Shown piece after piece: positions 36,257 through 45,354 of a stretch of DNA of 64,000 nt (the stretch's first letter is position 1; every line of letters begins with the position of its first letter). Below the pieces are notes generated by a model, which saw only the letters and a program-made list of their open reading frames with translations, was not told the origin of the DNA and made no database searches. The position numbers and the translations under genes are program-made. Source of the stretch: Vicinamibacterales bacterium (GTDB lineage Bacteria > Acidobacteriota > Vicinamibacteria > Vicinamibacterales > UBA8438); contig OZ244900.1 in the NCBI GenBank assembly GCA_965221595.1, forward strand, positions 2,342,687 to 2,406,686. Direction: 5' to 3'.

Positions 36257-38518
36257 TCAGTGCCGCGGCCGGTGCGCTCCGCGTGCGAACGGGGCCGTCT
36301 GCAGTGCAACCGTCTCGTATGCCGGCTCGTCCTCCGTGATCCGAATGAACCTATCGACCGGCACGGCAGTGAACTTCTGCGTCAGACCGGTGGCAGGCCA
36401 GAACACGTCCAGCTTCTCGATCCGCGTGGCCCGACCGAGACCGAGCGTCTGCCGCAGGGGGTTCGCGCCGAAGCTGCCGCCGCTGTTGACGTGCCGATAG
36501 ACGACGCGCCGCGTGCCACCGTCGGCGATTTCGGCCCGGATGCGGGCGCCGATGGCCGAGCGGTTCGAACGCACCCCGACCAGCCGGATCGTAATCCAGT
36601 GGTTGCCGAACCCGGGATTCCGGTACAGCGCGTTGCCGAACCGGTCCCCCGGATAAGCCCCCCCCATCTGCTCGAAGACGTCCTGGTCGCCGTCGTGGTC
36701 GAGGTCGGCGAAGAACACGCCGTGGCCCTTCTGCAGATGGCCGAACCCGCCCGCGTAGGTCACGTCGACGAAGCCCCGGCCGCCCTCGTTGCGGTACATC
36801 ACGTTGGGCATCAGGCTGTGGTACGGCGGATAGCCGGTGCCCACGTAGAAGTCGAGGTAACCGTCGTTGTCCAGGTCGCCGAAGTTGGCGCCCATGGCGG
36901 CGTTCGGACGCACCAGACCGTAGCGGTCCGCGACCTCCTCGAAGCCGCCCGCCCCCGTCCCGCGGTAGAGCCGCGCCCGCTCGATGTCGAGCGGCAGGCC
37001 GAGCGCGCTCGCCGCCAGGTGCTCGGTGCGCGCCATGTAGGCCGACACGTAGAGGTCGAGCACGCCGTCGTTGTCGACGTCCCAGAACCAGGCCGGGAAG
37101 CTGGCGAGCGGCCTCTCGACGCGTAGCCGGCGGGCCATGTTGGTGAACGTGCCGTTGCCGTTGTTGCGGTACAGGCGGTTCCGGCCGCCGTGATTCGACA
37201 CGAACAGGTCCGGGAACCGGTCGCCGTCGTAGTCGCCCCAGACCACGCCCTTCGCGTAGCCGTGGTTGAGCACGCCGGCCGCGGCGGCCACGTCCGTGAA
37301 CGTCCCGTCGCCGTTGTTGCGGAAGAGCTGGCTCGGCGCCCGCTGCGCCCGCGAGCTCTCGTTCCCGACGTAGAGGTCGAGATCGCCGTCGTTGTCGTAG
37401 TCCGCCCAGGAGGCGGTCTGCGTCGGATAGTGCGCCTCGCCGAGGCCGGCGGCGAACGTCACGTCCGTGAACGTCCCGTCGCCGTCGTTGCGCAGCAGCG
37501 AGTTCGGATACCGGCCGTGCTGGTGCAGCCAGGCGCCGCGCAGCACCAGCAGGTCCACATGGCCGTCGTTGTCGTAGTCCGCCTGGATGATGTTCAGGCC
37601 GCCGAACAGCCCGCGGAGTCCGGCCTCGTCCGTCCGCTCGGTGAACGTCCCGTCGCCGTTGTTCCGGAACAGGCGAAGCTGCCCCGCCGTGTCCCAGGTC
37701 GACGTTGCGATGTCCAGGTAGCCGTCCCCGTCGAAGTCGTCGGCCGCGGCGCCGCCGCTCATGTCGAAGACGTCCAGCCCCAGGTCGGGCGCGACGTTGG
37801 CGAAGCGGGGCAGCTCGCCGACCGCGCCGAAGACCTCGGCCGGAATTACGTAGGCGGGCGGTACGCGGTCCGGATACCCGCCGACCGTCATGTACGCGAT
37901 GTTGAGCAGCCAGCGGGCGGAGAGATGCAGCGCGACTGCATCCTCCTCCAGATTGTCCGCCGTCGGCGCCGGTGTGCCGTCCAGCACCGCGGTCAGGGCT
38001 GCAATTGCCTGTCGCGAGGGGTCCTGGTCGCTGTGGATGCCGTCGCCGCGCAGCGGCAGGATGCAGGCCTCGGCGTTGGGGTGGTGCGCGCAGTTCAGCG
38101 TTTCGCCGAGGCGCAGATACGCCACCCCCAGGCGGTAGCGCGTCTGGTTGCGAATGTCGGTCGCCGCGGGCGGCACGAGGTCGAGAGCCTGTTCGATGAG
38201 GCGTATGGCCTCTGTCTCGTTGCCCAGCCGCAGTTCGTGTTCGGCCAGTTCCATCGTCCGGCGCCAGCGCACCGGTCCGGCCGCCGACGGCGGCAGCGCC
38301 GCCAGTTCGCGGCGGGCCCGGATTGCCGGTCCGGCGCCGATGTAGCTGTTGGTCTCCGTTGCGCTGTCGGCAATCTGTGCGAGGGCCGCAAGCATCCGCT
38401 GGTGGCTGTCGGCTGCCGGCGGCGGGCCGGCCTGCGCCAGCACGGTAGCGGGAACGAGCACCGCCGGAGCCAGCGCGGCCAGCAGCCCGCAGGAGGTCGG
38501 CACGCGTCGCGGCCCCAT
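36257..38518 (-). CDS. CRTAC1-family protein: N-terminal TPR region, FG-GAP/VCBS repeats, UnbV_ASPIC C-terminal domain
   Basis: ORF 36257..38578 trimmed to MGPRRVPTSCGLL (signal peptide, ATG at 38518). Repeated D.D.DG..D motifs with FRNNGDGTFTDV, and an ASPIC/UnbV tail (NRSAIGARIRAE...GSFGANPLRQTLGLG..T.IEKLDVFWP). Confidence 0.85.
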   Translation of the reverse strand: MGPRRVPTSCGLLAALAPAVLVPATVLAQAGPPPAADSHQRMLAALAQIADSATETNSYIGAGPAIRARRELAALPPSAAGPVRWRRTMELAEHELRLGNETEAIRLIEQALDLVPPAATDIRNQTRYRLGVAYLRLGETLNCAHHPNAEACILPLRGDGIHSDQDPSRQAIAALTAVLDGTPAPTADNLEEDAVALHLSARWLLNIAYMTVGGYPDRVPPAYVIPAEVFGAVGELPRFANVAPDLGLDVFDMSGGAAADDFDGDGYLDIATSTWDTAGQLRLFRNNGDGTFTERTDEAGLRGLFGGLNIIQADYDNDGHVDLLVLRGAWLHQHGRYPNSLLRNDGDGTFTDVTFAAGLGEAHYPTQTASWADYDNDGDLDLYVGNESSRAQRAPSQLFRNNGDGTFTDVAAAAGVLNHGYAKGVVWGDYDGDRFPDLFVSNHGGRNRLYRNNGNGTFTNMARRLRVERPLASFPAWFWDVDNDGVLDLYVSAYMARTEHLAASALGLPLDIERARLYRGTGAGGFEEVADRYGLVRPNAAMGANFGDLDNDGYLDFYVGTGYPPYHSLMPNVMYRNEGGRGFVDVTYAGGFGHLQKGHGVFFADLDHDGDQDVFEQMGGAYPGDRFGNALYRNPGFGNHWITIRLVGVRSNRSAIGARIRAEIADGGTRRVVYRHVNSGGSFGANPLRQTLGLGRATRIEKLDVFWPATGLTQKFTAVPVDRFIRITEDEPAYETVALQTAPFARGAHRPRH

Positions 38519-38574
38519 GTCGACTTCGAATTCTTCAGGATCGGACAGTATGCCTCGGCGCCGCAGGCAGGCGA

Positions 38575-40053
38575 TCACGGCCCGTCGAGGTTCGCCAGCT
38601 CCCGAAGCGCATCCGCGTTGCCCGGATCGAGCCGCAGGGCCTGCTCGTAGGTCGTCCGCGCGGCCTCCCGCTCGCCCTGCGCCACGTGCACGCGCGCCCG
38701 GCCCATCCAGGCGTGCACGGATTCAGGTGCGACCGCGACGGCGCGGTCGAAGGTGCGCGCCGCCAGCGCCAGCCGGCCGGACAGCGCCGCGGCGGTGCCG
38801 AGCTGCACCAGCACCGCGTCGTCCTCGCCGAGCACCGCCAGAGCCTCCTGGAAGTCGCCGACCGCCTCGGCCGCCTGTCCCGCGAGCAAACGGGCGCGGC
38901 CGGCCTGGAACCGATCGCGTGCCCGCTGCCGCCGCCAGGTCTGCCCGATCTGGTACAGCCGCCGCGGCTCGAGTTCGGCCAGCCGGGTGTAGTAGTCGCT
39001 CGCCTGGGCGTATTCCCCACCGGCCATGTGCGTTTCGGCCAGCAGCCGCAGCGCCACCTCGTTGACCGCCTCGTCGCGGAACGACGCCAGCAGCGTGTCG
39101 AGCACGGGCCCGGTCACGGCACCCCGGAAGAGCCGCCGCAGCCGGCCTTCGCCGTCGAATACGAACGTGGACGGGAGCGCCGCCTCGTCTTCCGTGCCGA
39201 AGAACTGCGCCATGACGTCCTCGTCCGCCAGGAACTGCGAGTACGGGATGGCGAAGCGTTCGATCGACCCGCGCACCGAGTCGAGATCCTGCAGCTCGAC
39301 GCTCAGACCGACGAAGTCGACCTCGTCCTCGTAGCGTGCCGCGAGCTCGACGAGCTGCGGCAGTTCCTCGTTGCACGGCGCGCACCAGGGCGCCCAGAAA
39401 TTGAGCACCGCCGGCCGGGCGCCGGCCACGGACGCGGACTCGCCGTCCAGTCGTTGCGCGACGACTGCGGGCGAGGGCGCGGCGGCGGTCAGCGTGGGCC
39501 GCGTGCCGTCCGACCAACGCTCCAACACCTGCGCATCGACGTCCGCGGCGCCCTCGCGCACGAGCAGCAGGCGGTCCACCGGTAGGTCGTTCCAGACCTC
39601 GACGGCGCCGGACGGCCAGCGTACCTCCAGTGCATCGACCGTCGTCGATTCTCCCAACCCGAAATGCAGGTCGAGCGGCACCTGGGCGCGGAAGCCCTCG
39701 GTGATCTTGACGAAGTCGCGGCGCTGCTCGCCGCCCGCGGTCAGCACGACCTCGGCGCCGAGCGCGTCGGGCCGCGAGCGGGTCGCCGTCAACCGGACGC
39801 GTGCGAAGCGGCGCGGCGGCGACGTGTTCTCGAAGAGCCGCAGCCCGCGCAGTGTGAGCAGCGCGAGGTCGAGATCGCCGTCCCCGTCGATGTCGACGGG
39901 GGTGGCCGCCCGGCCGTCGTGGTCGGCGTCCAGCCCGAACACGTAGGCGCTCCGCACGAACGGCTCGTCCGCACCGTCAGGCCGGTAGAAGAGGTGGTCC
40001 CGCTCGTAGCCGCTGAACGACCCGCGGAAGCCGTCGGCCTGCTCCACGAGCAC
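38575..40053 (-). CDS. C-terminal portion of a split gene: last FG-GAP repeat + UnbV_ASPIC + TlpA-like thioredoxin + TPR
   Basis: ORF as tracked (GTG start). It begins mid-domain with no signal peptide. Contains IDGDGDLDL, GAEVVLTAGG...HFGLG....DALEVRWPSG, FWAPWCAPC, and TPR-like helices at the end. It is in the same reading frame as ORF 40120..42102, separated only by TGA at 40120-40122 plus 22 sense codons. Confidence 0.7.
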   Translation of the reverse strand: MLVEQADGFRGSFSGYERDHLFYRPDGADEPFVRSAYVFGLDADHDGRAATPVDIDGDGDLDLALLTLRGLRLFENTSPPRRFARVRLTATRSRPDALGAEVVLTAGGEQRRDFVKITEGFRAQVPLDLHFGLGESTTVDALEVRWPSGAVEVWNDLPVDRLLLVREGAADVDAQVLERWSDGTRPTLTAAAPSPAVVAQRLDGESASVAGARPAVLNFWAPWCAPCNEELPQLVELAARYEDEVDFVGLSVELQDLDSVRGSIERFAIPYSQFLADEDVMAQFFGTEDEAALPSTFVFDGEGRLRRLFRGAVTGPVLDTLLASFRDEAVNEVALRLLAETHMAGGEYAQASDYYTRLAELEPRRLYQIGQTWRRQRARDRFQAGRARLLAGQAAEAVGDFQEALAVLGEDDAVLVQLGTAAALSGRLALAARTFDRAVAVAPESVHAWMGRARVHVAQGEREAARTTYEQALRLDPGNADALRELANLDGP

Positions 40054-40092
40054 CGGCTCCGGCGGCGCCTGCTGCTCGAGGCCCTCGGCGTC

Positions 40093-40109
40093 GGCGACAA
40101 CCTGTCGCC
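40093..40109 (-). promoter_or_regulatory. Perfect 6-bp hairpin (GGCGAC-AGGUU-GUCGCC on the mRNA strand) starting 11 nt after the in-frame UGA; SECIS-like candidate
   Basis: Read directly: UGA ACGUUCUUCU GGCGAC AGGUU GUCGCC. The hairpin itself is certain; its function is not established. Confidence 0.3.
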
Positions 40110-40119
40110 AGAAGAACGT

Positions 40120-41907
40120 TCAATAGTCCGGCGCTGCCGGATCCACGTGGCTGGTGTTGCCGTTCGTGACGAAGATCTCCTTGTCGCCGTCGTTGTCGAG
40201 GTCGAAGAAGTGCGAGCCCCAGGCCCACCCGGCCTCGTTGACGCCCAGCGGCACGCCGCGGTCGCCCGACGCGCCGCCCCCCGGCCCGAGCGTGAAGAGC
40301 TGGTTGCCCCGGGCCAGCACGCCGAGGCGGGCGTGCATCGTCTCGCTCACCGACTCGGTCAGCCTGACCACGCGGTGCCCGGCGTGCGAGTACATGTTGG
40401 ACAGGTACACGCTCCACTCGCCGCTGTTGTCCCAGTCGGCGATGGTGATGCCCATGGTGAAGGCGCCGTCCCGCGCCAGCGGATGATCGTCGAGGGACCG
40501 GAACGTACCGTCGCCGCGATTGCCCCACACGACGTTGCGGCCGTAGTCGTTGCCCTCGAAAAGGTCGACGTCGCCGTCCCCGTCGAAGTCGAAGAACTGT
40601 CCCACGTACGTGTAGCGCGTGCCCGTGATGCCGCGGCGTTCGGACTCCTCCGTGAAACGCAGGCCGCCGTGGTTGATGAACAGGAGGTTGTCGTCGCCGT
40701 CGTTCGCGTCGACCCGGTTGAAGCGTCCGCCGGCGCCCGATCGGTTGTTCTGGTAGCCCCCGACGAAGATGTCGAGCAGCCCGTCGCCGTTCACGTCGCC
40801 GGCCGTCAGGAACTGCGATTCGTGGCGCCGCACGCCCGGGGGGTTCTCGAATTCCAGGGCGCGCGGAATGAGCCGCCACTCGCCGCCGCGGCGCGTGTAG
40901 ATGCCCATCCAGCCCCGCGCGCCGCGGTAGACGACGCGCGTGCCGACGAGTTCCTCGAGGCCATCGCCGTCGAGATCCACGAACAACAGCTGGCTGGGGA
41001 TGAGCCGGTCGTCCCGGAAGGGCAGCGCCTCGCGCACGAAGCCGCCCCGGCCGTCGTTGAGGAACAGCACCGCGTGGTTGGCCGCCTCCGTCGCGAGGAT
41101 GTCCCAGAACCCGTCGCGGTTCCAGTCCACAACGTTGAGCGCGGAGTCGATGAGGCTCATGCCGCCGTTCGCCGCGTCCTGCCGAATCCGGATGTTCGCC
41201 GCGGAGCGGTTGAAGTGCAGACCGACCGCGTCCGTAATGTCCAGGAACGGCCTCGCCGGATTGCTCACGCGCGTCGCTGTGACGGTGTCGAGGCGGCGGA
41301 TGCGCCACCCGGAGTCGGCCGCCGCGACCAGCTCGACCGCCAGCGTGGCGTTGAAGACCGAGCGGGCGCCGACCGCGTCCGGGCCGCCGAGCTGCACGTG
41401 GGCCAGCGCGAACGCGCGCTGGCGGTCCGGGGCCAGCAGGAACTCGAACATCTGCCACGCCGCGCGGTCGACCGAAACCCAGGCGTCCACGTGGGCGCGC
41501 AGCGCGGCCAGCAGGGCGTCGCGGCCGAGCGGCGCCAGTCCGTCCGCGACGTAGCGACGGATGGCGAGCGTCGAGTCGGCAACCACCCGCCCCTGACCGG
41601 GCCGCGGAAAGCGTCCCTCGAAGTCGGGTGTGAAGGCGCTGCCGGCCAGCGTCCAGTCGAAGCGGCGCAACCCAGCCAGCAGCGACGCCTGCAGATCGTC
41701 CTGCACGCGCGACTGCGTGTCCTCGGATTCAGCAACGTCCGTGACGTAGCTGGTCGGCGGCGCAAGCGGGAAGCCCGACGGATCGGACTGGGCGCCGTCG
41801 GCCGGCGTCGGCAGCGCGTACAGGACCGCCAATCCGGCGGCTACGGCGGCCGATCCGCGGAGAACGCGCCGCAGGTGGTCCGCGGCTCGCATCGTCAGCG
41901 ATCCCAT
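40120..41907 (-). CDS. N-terminal portion of the split gene: signal peptide + FG-GAP/VCBS repeat region
   Basis: ORF 40120..42102 trimmed to MGSLTMRAADHLRRVLRGSAAVAAGLAVLYA (ATG at 41907; alternative at 41892). Repeats LDGDGLEE, VNGDGLLD, FDGDGDVD, LDNDGDKE. Ends ...HVDPAAPDY-TGA. Confidence 0.75.
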   Translation of the reverse strand: MGSLTMRAADHLRRVLRGSAAVAAGLAVLYALPTPADGAQSDPSGFPLAPPTSYVTDVAESEDTQSRVQDDLQASLLAGLRRFDWTLAGSAFTPDFEGRFPRPGQGRVVADSTLAIRRYVADGLAPLGRDALLAALRAHVDAWVSVDRAAWQMFEFLLAPDRQRAFALAHVQLGGPDAVGARSVFNATLAVELVAAADSGWRIRRLDTVTATRVSNPARPFLDITDAVGLHFNRSAANIRIRQDAANGGMSLIDSALNVVDWNRDGFWDILATEAANHAVLFLNDGRGGFVREALPFRDDRLIPSQLLFVDLDGDGLEELVGTRVVYRGARGWMGIYTRRGGEWRLIPRALEFENPPGVRRHESQFLTAGDVNGDGLLDIFVGGYQNNRSGAGGRFNRVDANDGDDNLLFINHGGLRFTEESERRGITGTRYTYVGQFFDFDGDGDVDLFEGNDYGRNVVWGNRGDGTFRSLDDHPLARDGAFTMGITIADWDNSGEWSVYLSNMYSHAGHRVVRLTESVSETMHARLGVLARGNQLFTLGPGGGASGDRGVPLGVNEAGWAWGSHFFDLDNDGDKEIFVTNGNTSHVDPAAPDY

Positions 41908-41995
41908 GACGTGGCCTGCCCTTCCGGCAGGCAGTATAGCCAGACGCGGCACCGCGCGCCAGACCGCGGGGACCGCCGGCGCGGGCTCTTGGCAC

Positions 41996-42023
41996 TTGAC
42001 ACCCTGTTTCGTGGGCGTAACAT
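41996..42023 (+). promoter_or_regulatory. Sigma-70-like promoter candidate for the TonB-dependent receptor gene
   Basis: TTGACA (41996-42001), a 16-nt spacer, then TAACAT (42018-42023), about 110 nt upstream of ATG at 42132. Confidence 0.35.
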
Positions 42024-42131
42024 GCACGCTACGCACGGCATCGTCAAGGTGGCTTCGCACGGCGGATCGCCACCGTTCGGCGAACCTCGTCGGCGCAGCC
42101 AACTCGCCGTCATCAGCGGCAAGGAGGCATC

Positions 42132-45100
42132 ATGGCGAAACGAGGCGTTCGCATCGTTTGTCTGCTGTCGGCGTGCGTATTCCTTTCCACCGGCGCTGCG
42201 GCGCAGACGGCCCGCATCGGCGGGAGCGTCGTGGACGAGACCGGCGGCGTGCTGCCCGGCGTGACGGTCGACGCCGCCAGCCCGGCGCTCATCGAGGGCA
42301 GCCGCACCACGTTCACCGACGCGTCCGGGCTGTACACCATCGACGGGCTGCGCCCCGGCACCTACACGATCACGTTCACGCTGCCCGGATTCAACACCTT
42401 CGTCCGCGAAGGGATCGAGCTGACGACCGGGTTCACGGCCAACGTCGACGTGACGATGGGCGTCGGCGCGGTCGAGGAGACGGTGACCGTCTCCGGCGCC
42501 TCCCCCATCATCGACGTCCAGAACGTCGTCCACCAGGAGAACATCTCGCGCGAGACCCTGGACGCCATTCCGACCGGCAAGACCTACTGGGGCTACGCCG
42601 CGCTCACGGTCGGCGCGACCACGGACATCCTCGGCGGCGGCCAGGACGTCGGCGGCAGCGTAGGCGATACGTGGGGCCACGTCCTGGTGCACGGCAGCTC
42701 GAACACCGACGGCGACATCCTGTGGGACGGCATGTCGATCAACGCCTCGGTCACAGCCGGCGGTGGCACGGGCAAGATCTTCTTCATGAACCAGGCTGCC
42801 ATCCAGGAGGTGGTGATGTCGACCGGCGGGATGGACGCCGAGACGTCCACCGGCGGCGTCGGCATGAACGCCATTCCCCGCGAAGGCGCCAACGCGTTCA
42901 GCTACTACGTGAACATCAGCGGCACCAACGAGCACCTGCAGAACCTGAACTGGGACGACGGTCTCGGCCAGCGCGGGATGCAGGAGGAACAGATCAACGG
43001 CATCAAGGACATCTGGGACTTCGGCGTGGGCGTCGGCGGGCCGATCGTGAACGACCGCCTATGGTTCTACACGGCCCATCGCTGGTGGGGCACCGAACGG
43101 TTCGCGCCCCGCAGCTTCAACAACCTGGCGCCGCGCGTGCCGTCCACCGGGTTCGCGGTCGACTACCAGCCCGACTACAACAACCCGACCGTCATCGAGT
43201 CCCGGCAGCGCGACAACTCGCTGCGGCTGACCTGGCAGGCCTCCGAGCGCAACAAGATCACGTTGACGCGCCACCAGCAGACGAGCTGCTTCTGTCAGCA
43301 GTGGGCCGTCTTCGGCCTGGTCGACTACAACGCGGCGGCCGACTACTTCCAGGACCCGGTGTCGCTCAGCCAGGTCAAGTGGACCATGCCGGCCAGCAAC
43401 CGGCTGCTCTTGGAGGCGGGCGTGTCCTACGTGTTCAACACCTCGACCCCCAGTCCGCAGCCCGAAGTGCTGCCGGGCGACATCGGCGTGTTCCTGGTCG
43501 ACCCGCTGATCTTTCTCAACGTGCAGACCTTCTCGCCGAGCACGCCGGCGCTCTACGGCTACGGGCACAACTTCCCGAACCTGACGGGACACGGCGCGGT
43601 GTCGTACGTCACCGGCTCGCACACGTTCAAGGCCGGCGTCGAGTACTCCCACTACTGGGAGGAGCACGAGTACGCCACGATCTACAACAACCTGCAGTAC
43701 GGCTTCGTCACGCCGGGCGTCTCCTTCCGGGTGCGCCAGTACGGCACGCCGCGCAACTCGTTCATGCAGGCCGACGACATCGGCATCTTCGCCCAGGACC
43801 AGTGGACGATCGACCGCCTGACCCTCAACCTCGGCGTGCGCTACGACTCCATCAACGGCTACGTGCCGGCGCAGACGCACCCGACCAGCCGCTTCGTGCA
43901 GTCGTTCTCCACCCCGCTCATCGAGAACAAGCCGGACTGGCGCGACATCAACCCGCGGCTGGGCGTCGCCTACGACCTGTTCGGCGATGGCCGCACGGCA
44001 CTCAAGGCGAACCTGGGCCGCTACGTCTTCGCGGTCGGCACGTCGATTGCCCAGATCCACAACCCGATGGAGGCGATCCAGATCTTCTCGGACCGGACCT
44101 GGAACGACAATACGTTCGAGGCGTTCGGGCTGCCGCCCGGCAACGGCGACCTCAACCCCGACTGCGACTTCGACAACTTCGCGGCCAACGGCGAGTGCGG
44201 CGCCATCATCAACCCGGAGTTCGGCACGCCCATCATCACGAGCCGCTTCGATGACGACGTGCTGGAAGGCTGGGGCAAGCGCAAGTACAACTGGCAGTTC
44301 TCGGTCGGCATCCAGCACGAGATCACCGAGGGCTGGTCGATCGACGTCGGCTACTTCCGGCGCGCGAACGGCAACTTCGTCGTGCTCGACAACCTGAACG
44401 TCGGCCCCGCGGACTTCGACGAGTACAGCATCACGGCGCCTGTCGATCCGAACCTGGGGCCGGTCAGCGGTCAGGTGCTCTCGGGGCTGTACACGATCAC
44501 CCCGGAGGCGCAGGCCCGCGGCACCAACAACGTGTTCTACTTCGCCGACCGGTACGGCGACATGAGCGAGACGTTCAACGGCATCGACGTCGCGTTCAAC
44601 GGCCGTCTGGAGAACGGCGTCACGCTCACCGGCGGCATGGCCACCGGGGCGATGAGCTTCAACGAGTGCTTCGTCGTCGACTCGCCCCAGCAGCTGCGGC
44701 CGGGCTACTGCGACGTCTCGCCGTCGTGGTGGAAGTACGGCACCCAGTTCAAGCTGAACGGCTCGGTGCCGCTGCCGTACGACACCGAGGTGGCCTTCGT
44801 GTTTCAGAACCTGCCCGGGCTGCAGCGGCGGTCGATCTACAACGCCGGCGCCGACCCCGCCGAGCGGGCGGCGATCGAGGCGCAGCTGGGCCGACCGATG
44901 GCCGTTCCGTCCGAGGAGATCGCGCTGTTCCCGTCCGGCGTCGGCTTCTACGAAGATCAGCCGTCGTCGTCGCTGCCCTACAACGGCTTCGTCTTCCTCG
45001 AGAACAGCACGGAGTTCGAGCCGCGTCTGACGCAGCTCGACCTGCGCTTCACGAAGATCGTCAACTTCGGCGGCGCGCGGGTGCGCGCCTGGTTTGATGT

Positions 45101-45230
45101 CTACAACCTCTTCAACGCCAACGACGCGACCAACATCGTGGCCAACTACGTGTCCGGCGGCGCCTTCCCCGCCATCTCGGACATCATGAACGGCCGCCTG
45201 TTCCGCTTCGGCGGCCAGTTCGACTGGTAG
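42132..45230 (+). CDS. TonB-dependent receptor with N-terminal carboxypeptidase-regulatory-like domain
   Basis: Signal peptide, then GSVVDETGGVLPGVTVDA......T.TDASGLYTIDGLRPGTYTITFTLPGF (CarboxypepD_reg). Long beta-barrel with a C-terminal aromatic residue (...FGGQFDW). Confidence 0.85.
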   Translation: MAKRGVRIVCLLSACVFLSTGAAAQTARIGGSVVDETGGVLPGVTVDAASPALIEGSRTTFTDASGLYTIDGLRPGTYTITFTLPGFNTFVREGIELTTGFTANVDVTMGVGAVEETVTVSGASPIIDVQNVVHQENISRETLDAIPTGKTYWGYAALTVGATTDILGGGQDVGGSVGDTWGHVLVHGSSNTDGDILWDGMSINASVTAGGGTGKIFFMNQAAIQEVVMSTGGMDAETSTGGVGMNAIPREGANAFSYYVNISGTNEHLQNLNWDDGLGQRGMQEEQINGIKDIWDFGVGVGGPIVNDRLWFYTAHRWWGTERFAPRSFNNLAPRVPSTGFAVDYQPDYNNPTVIESRQRDNSLRLTWQASERNKITLTRHQQTSCFCQQWAVFGLVDYNAAADYFQDPVSLSQVKWTMPASNRLLLEAGVSYVFNTSTPSPQPEVLPGDIGVFLVDPLIFLNVQTFSPSTPALYGYGHNFPNLTGHGAVSYVTGSHTFKAGVEYSHYWEEHEYATIYNNLQYGFVTPGVSFRVRQYGTPRNSFMQADDIGIFAQDQWTIDRLTLNLGVRYDSINGYVPAQTHPTSRFVQSFSTPLIENKPDWRDINPRLGVAYDLFGDGRTALKANLGRYVFAVGTSIAQIHNPMEAIQIFSDRTWNDNTFEAFGLPPGNGDLNPDCDFDNFAANGECGAIINPEFGTPIITSRFDDDVLEGWGKRKYNWQFSVGIQHEITEGWSIDVGYFRRANGNFVVLDNLNVGPADFDEYSITAPVDPNLGPVSGQVLSGLYTITPEAQARGTNNVFYFADRYGDMSETFNGIDVAFNGRLENGVTLTGGMATGAMSFNECFVVDSPQQLRPGYCDVSPSWWKYGTQFKLNGSVPLPYDTEVAFVFQNLPGLQRRSIYNAGADPAERAAIEAQLGRPMAVPSEEIALFPSGVGFYEDQPSSSLPYNGFVFLENSTEFEPRLTQLDLRFTKIVNFGGARVRAWFDVYNLFNANDATNIVANYVSGGAFPAISDIMNGRLFRFGGQFDW

Positions 45231-45238
45231 CATCCGGC

Positions 45239-45273
45239 CGGGAGTCCGCGCCCGCGCGCGGCGCGGACTCCCG
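45239..45273 (+). terminator. 13-bp GC hairpin directly after the receptor gene stop (intrinsic-terminator-like, no U tract)
   Basis: CGGGAGTCCGCGC (45239-45251) pairs with GCGCGGACTCCCG (45261-45273). Confidence 0.45.
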
Positions 45274-45354
45274 CTCGTCAGACGCATCCCGTTCACGCCC
45301 GCCGCGCAGCCACATCGCAACCCGTCGCGTCAGGGCCGATGGTACGATCCGCCC

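Noticed and set aside
41990-42010. TGGCAC at 41990-41995 as a sigma-54 -24 element upstream of the TonB receptor gene
   Set aside because: The required TTGC(A/T) -12 element at the fixed 5-nt spacing is absent. The overlapping TTGACA / TAACAT pair fits sigma-70 better.
45231-45354. Possible att site / direct repeat of the tRNA-Leu 3' end marking the far island boundary (54998-55208 also examined)
   Set aside because: Only a 6-nt TGGTAC coincidence was found by eye. No extended match to the tRNA 3' segment was seen. A computational search would be needed to exclude degenerate repeats.
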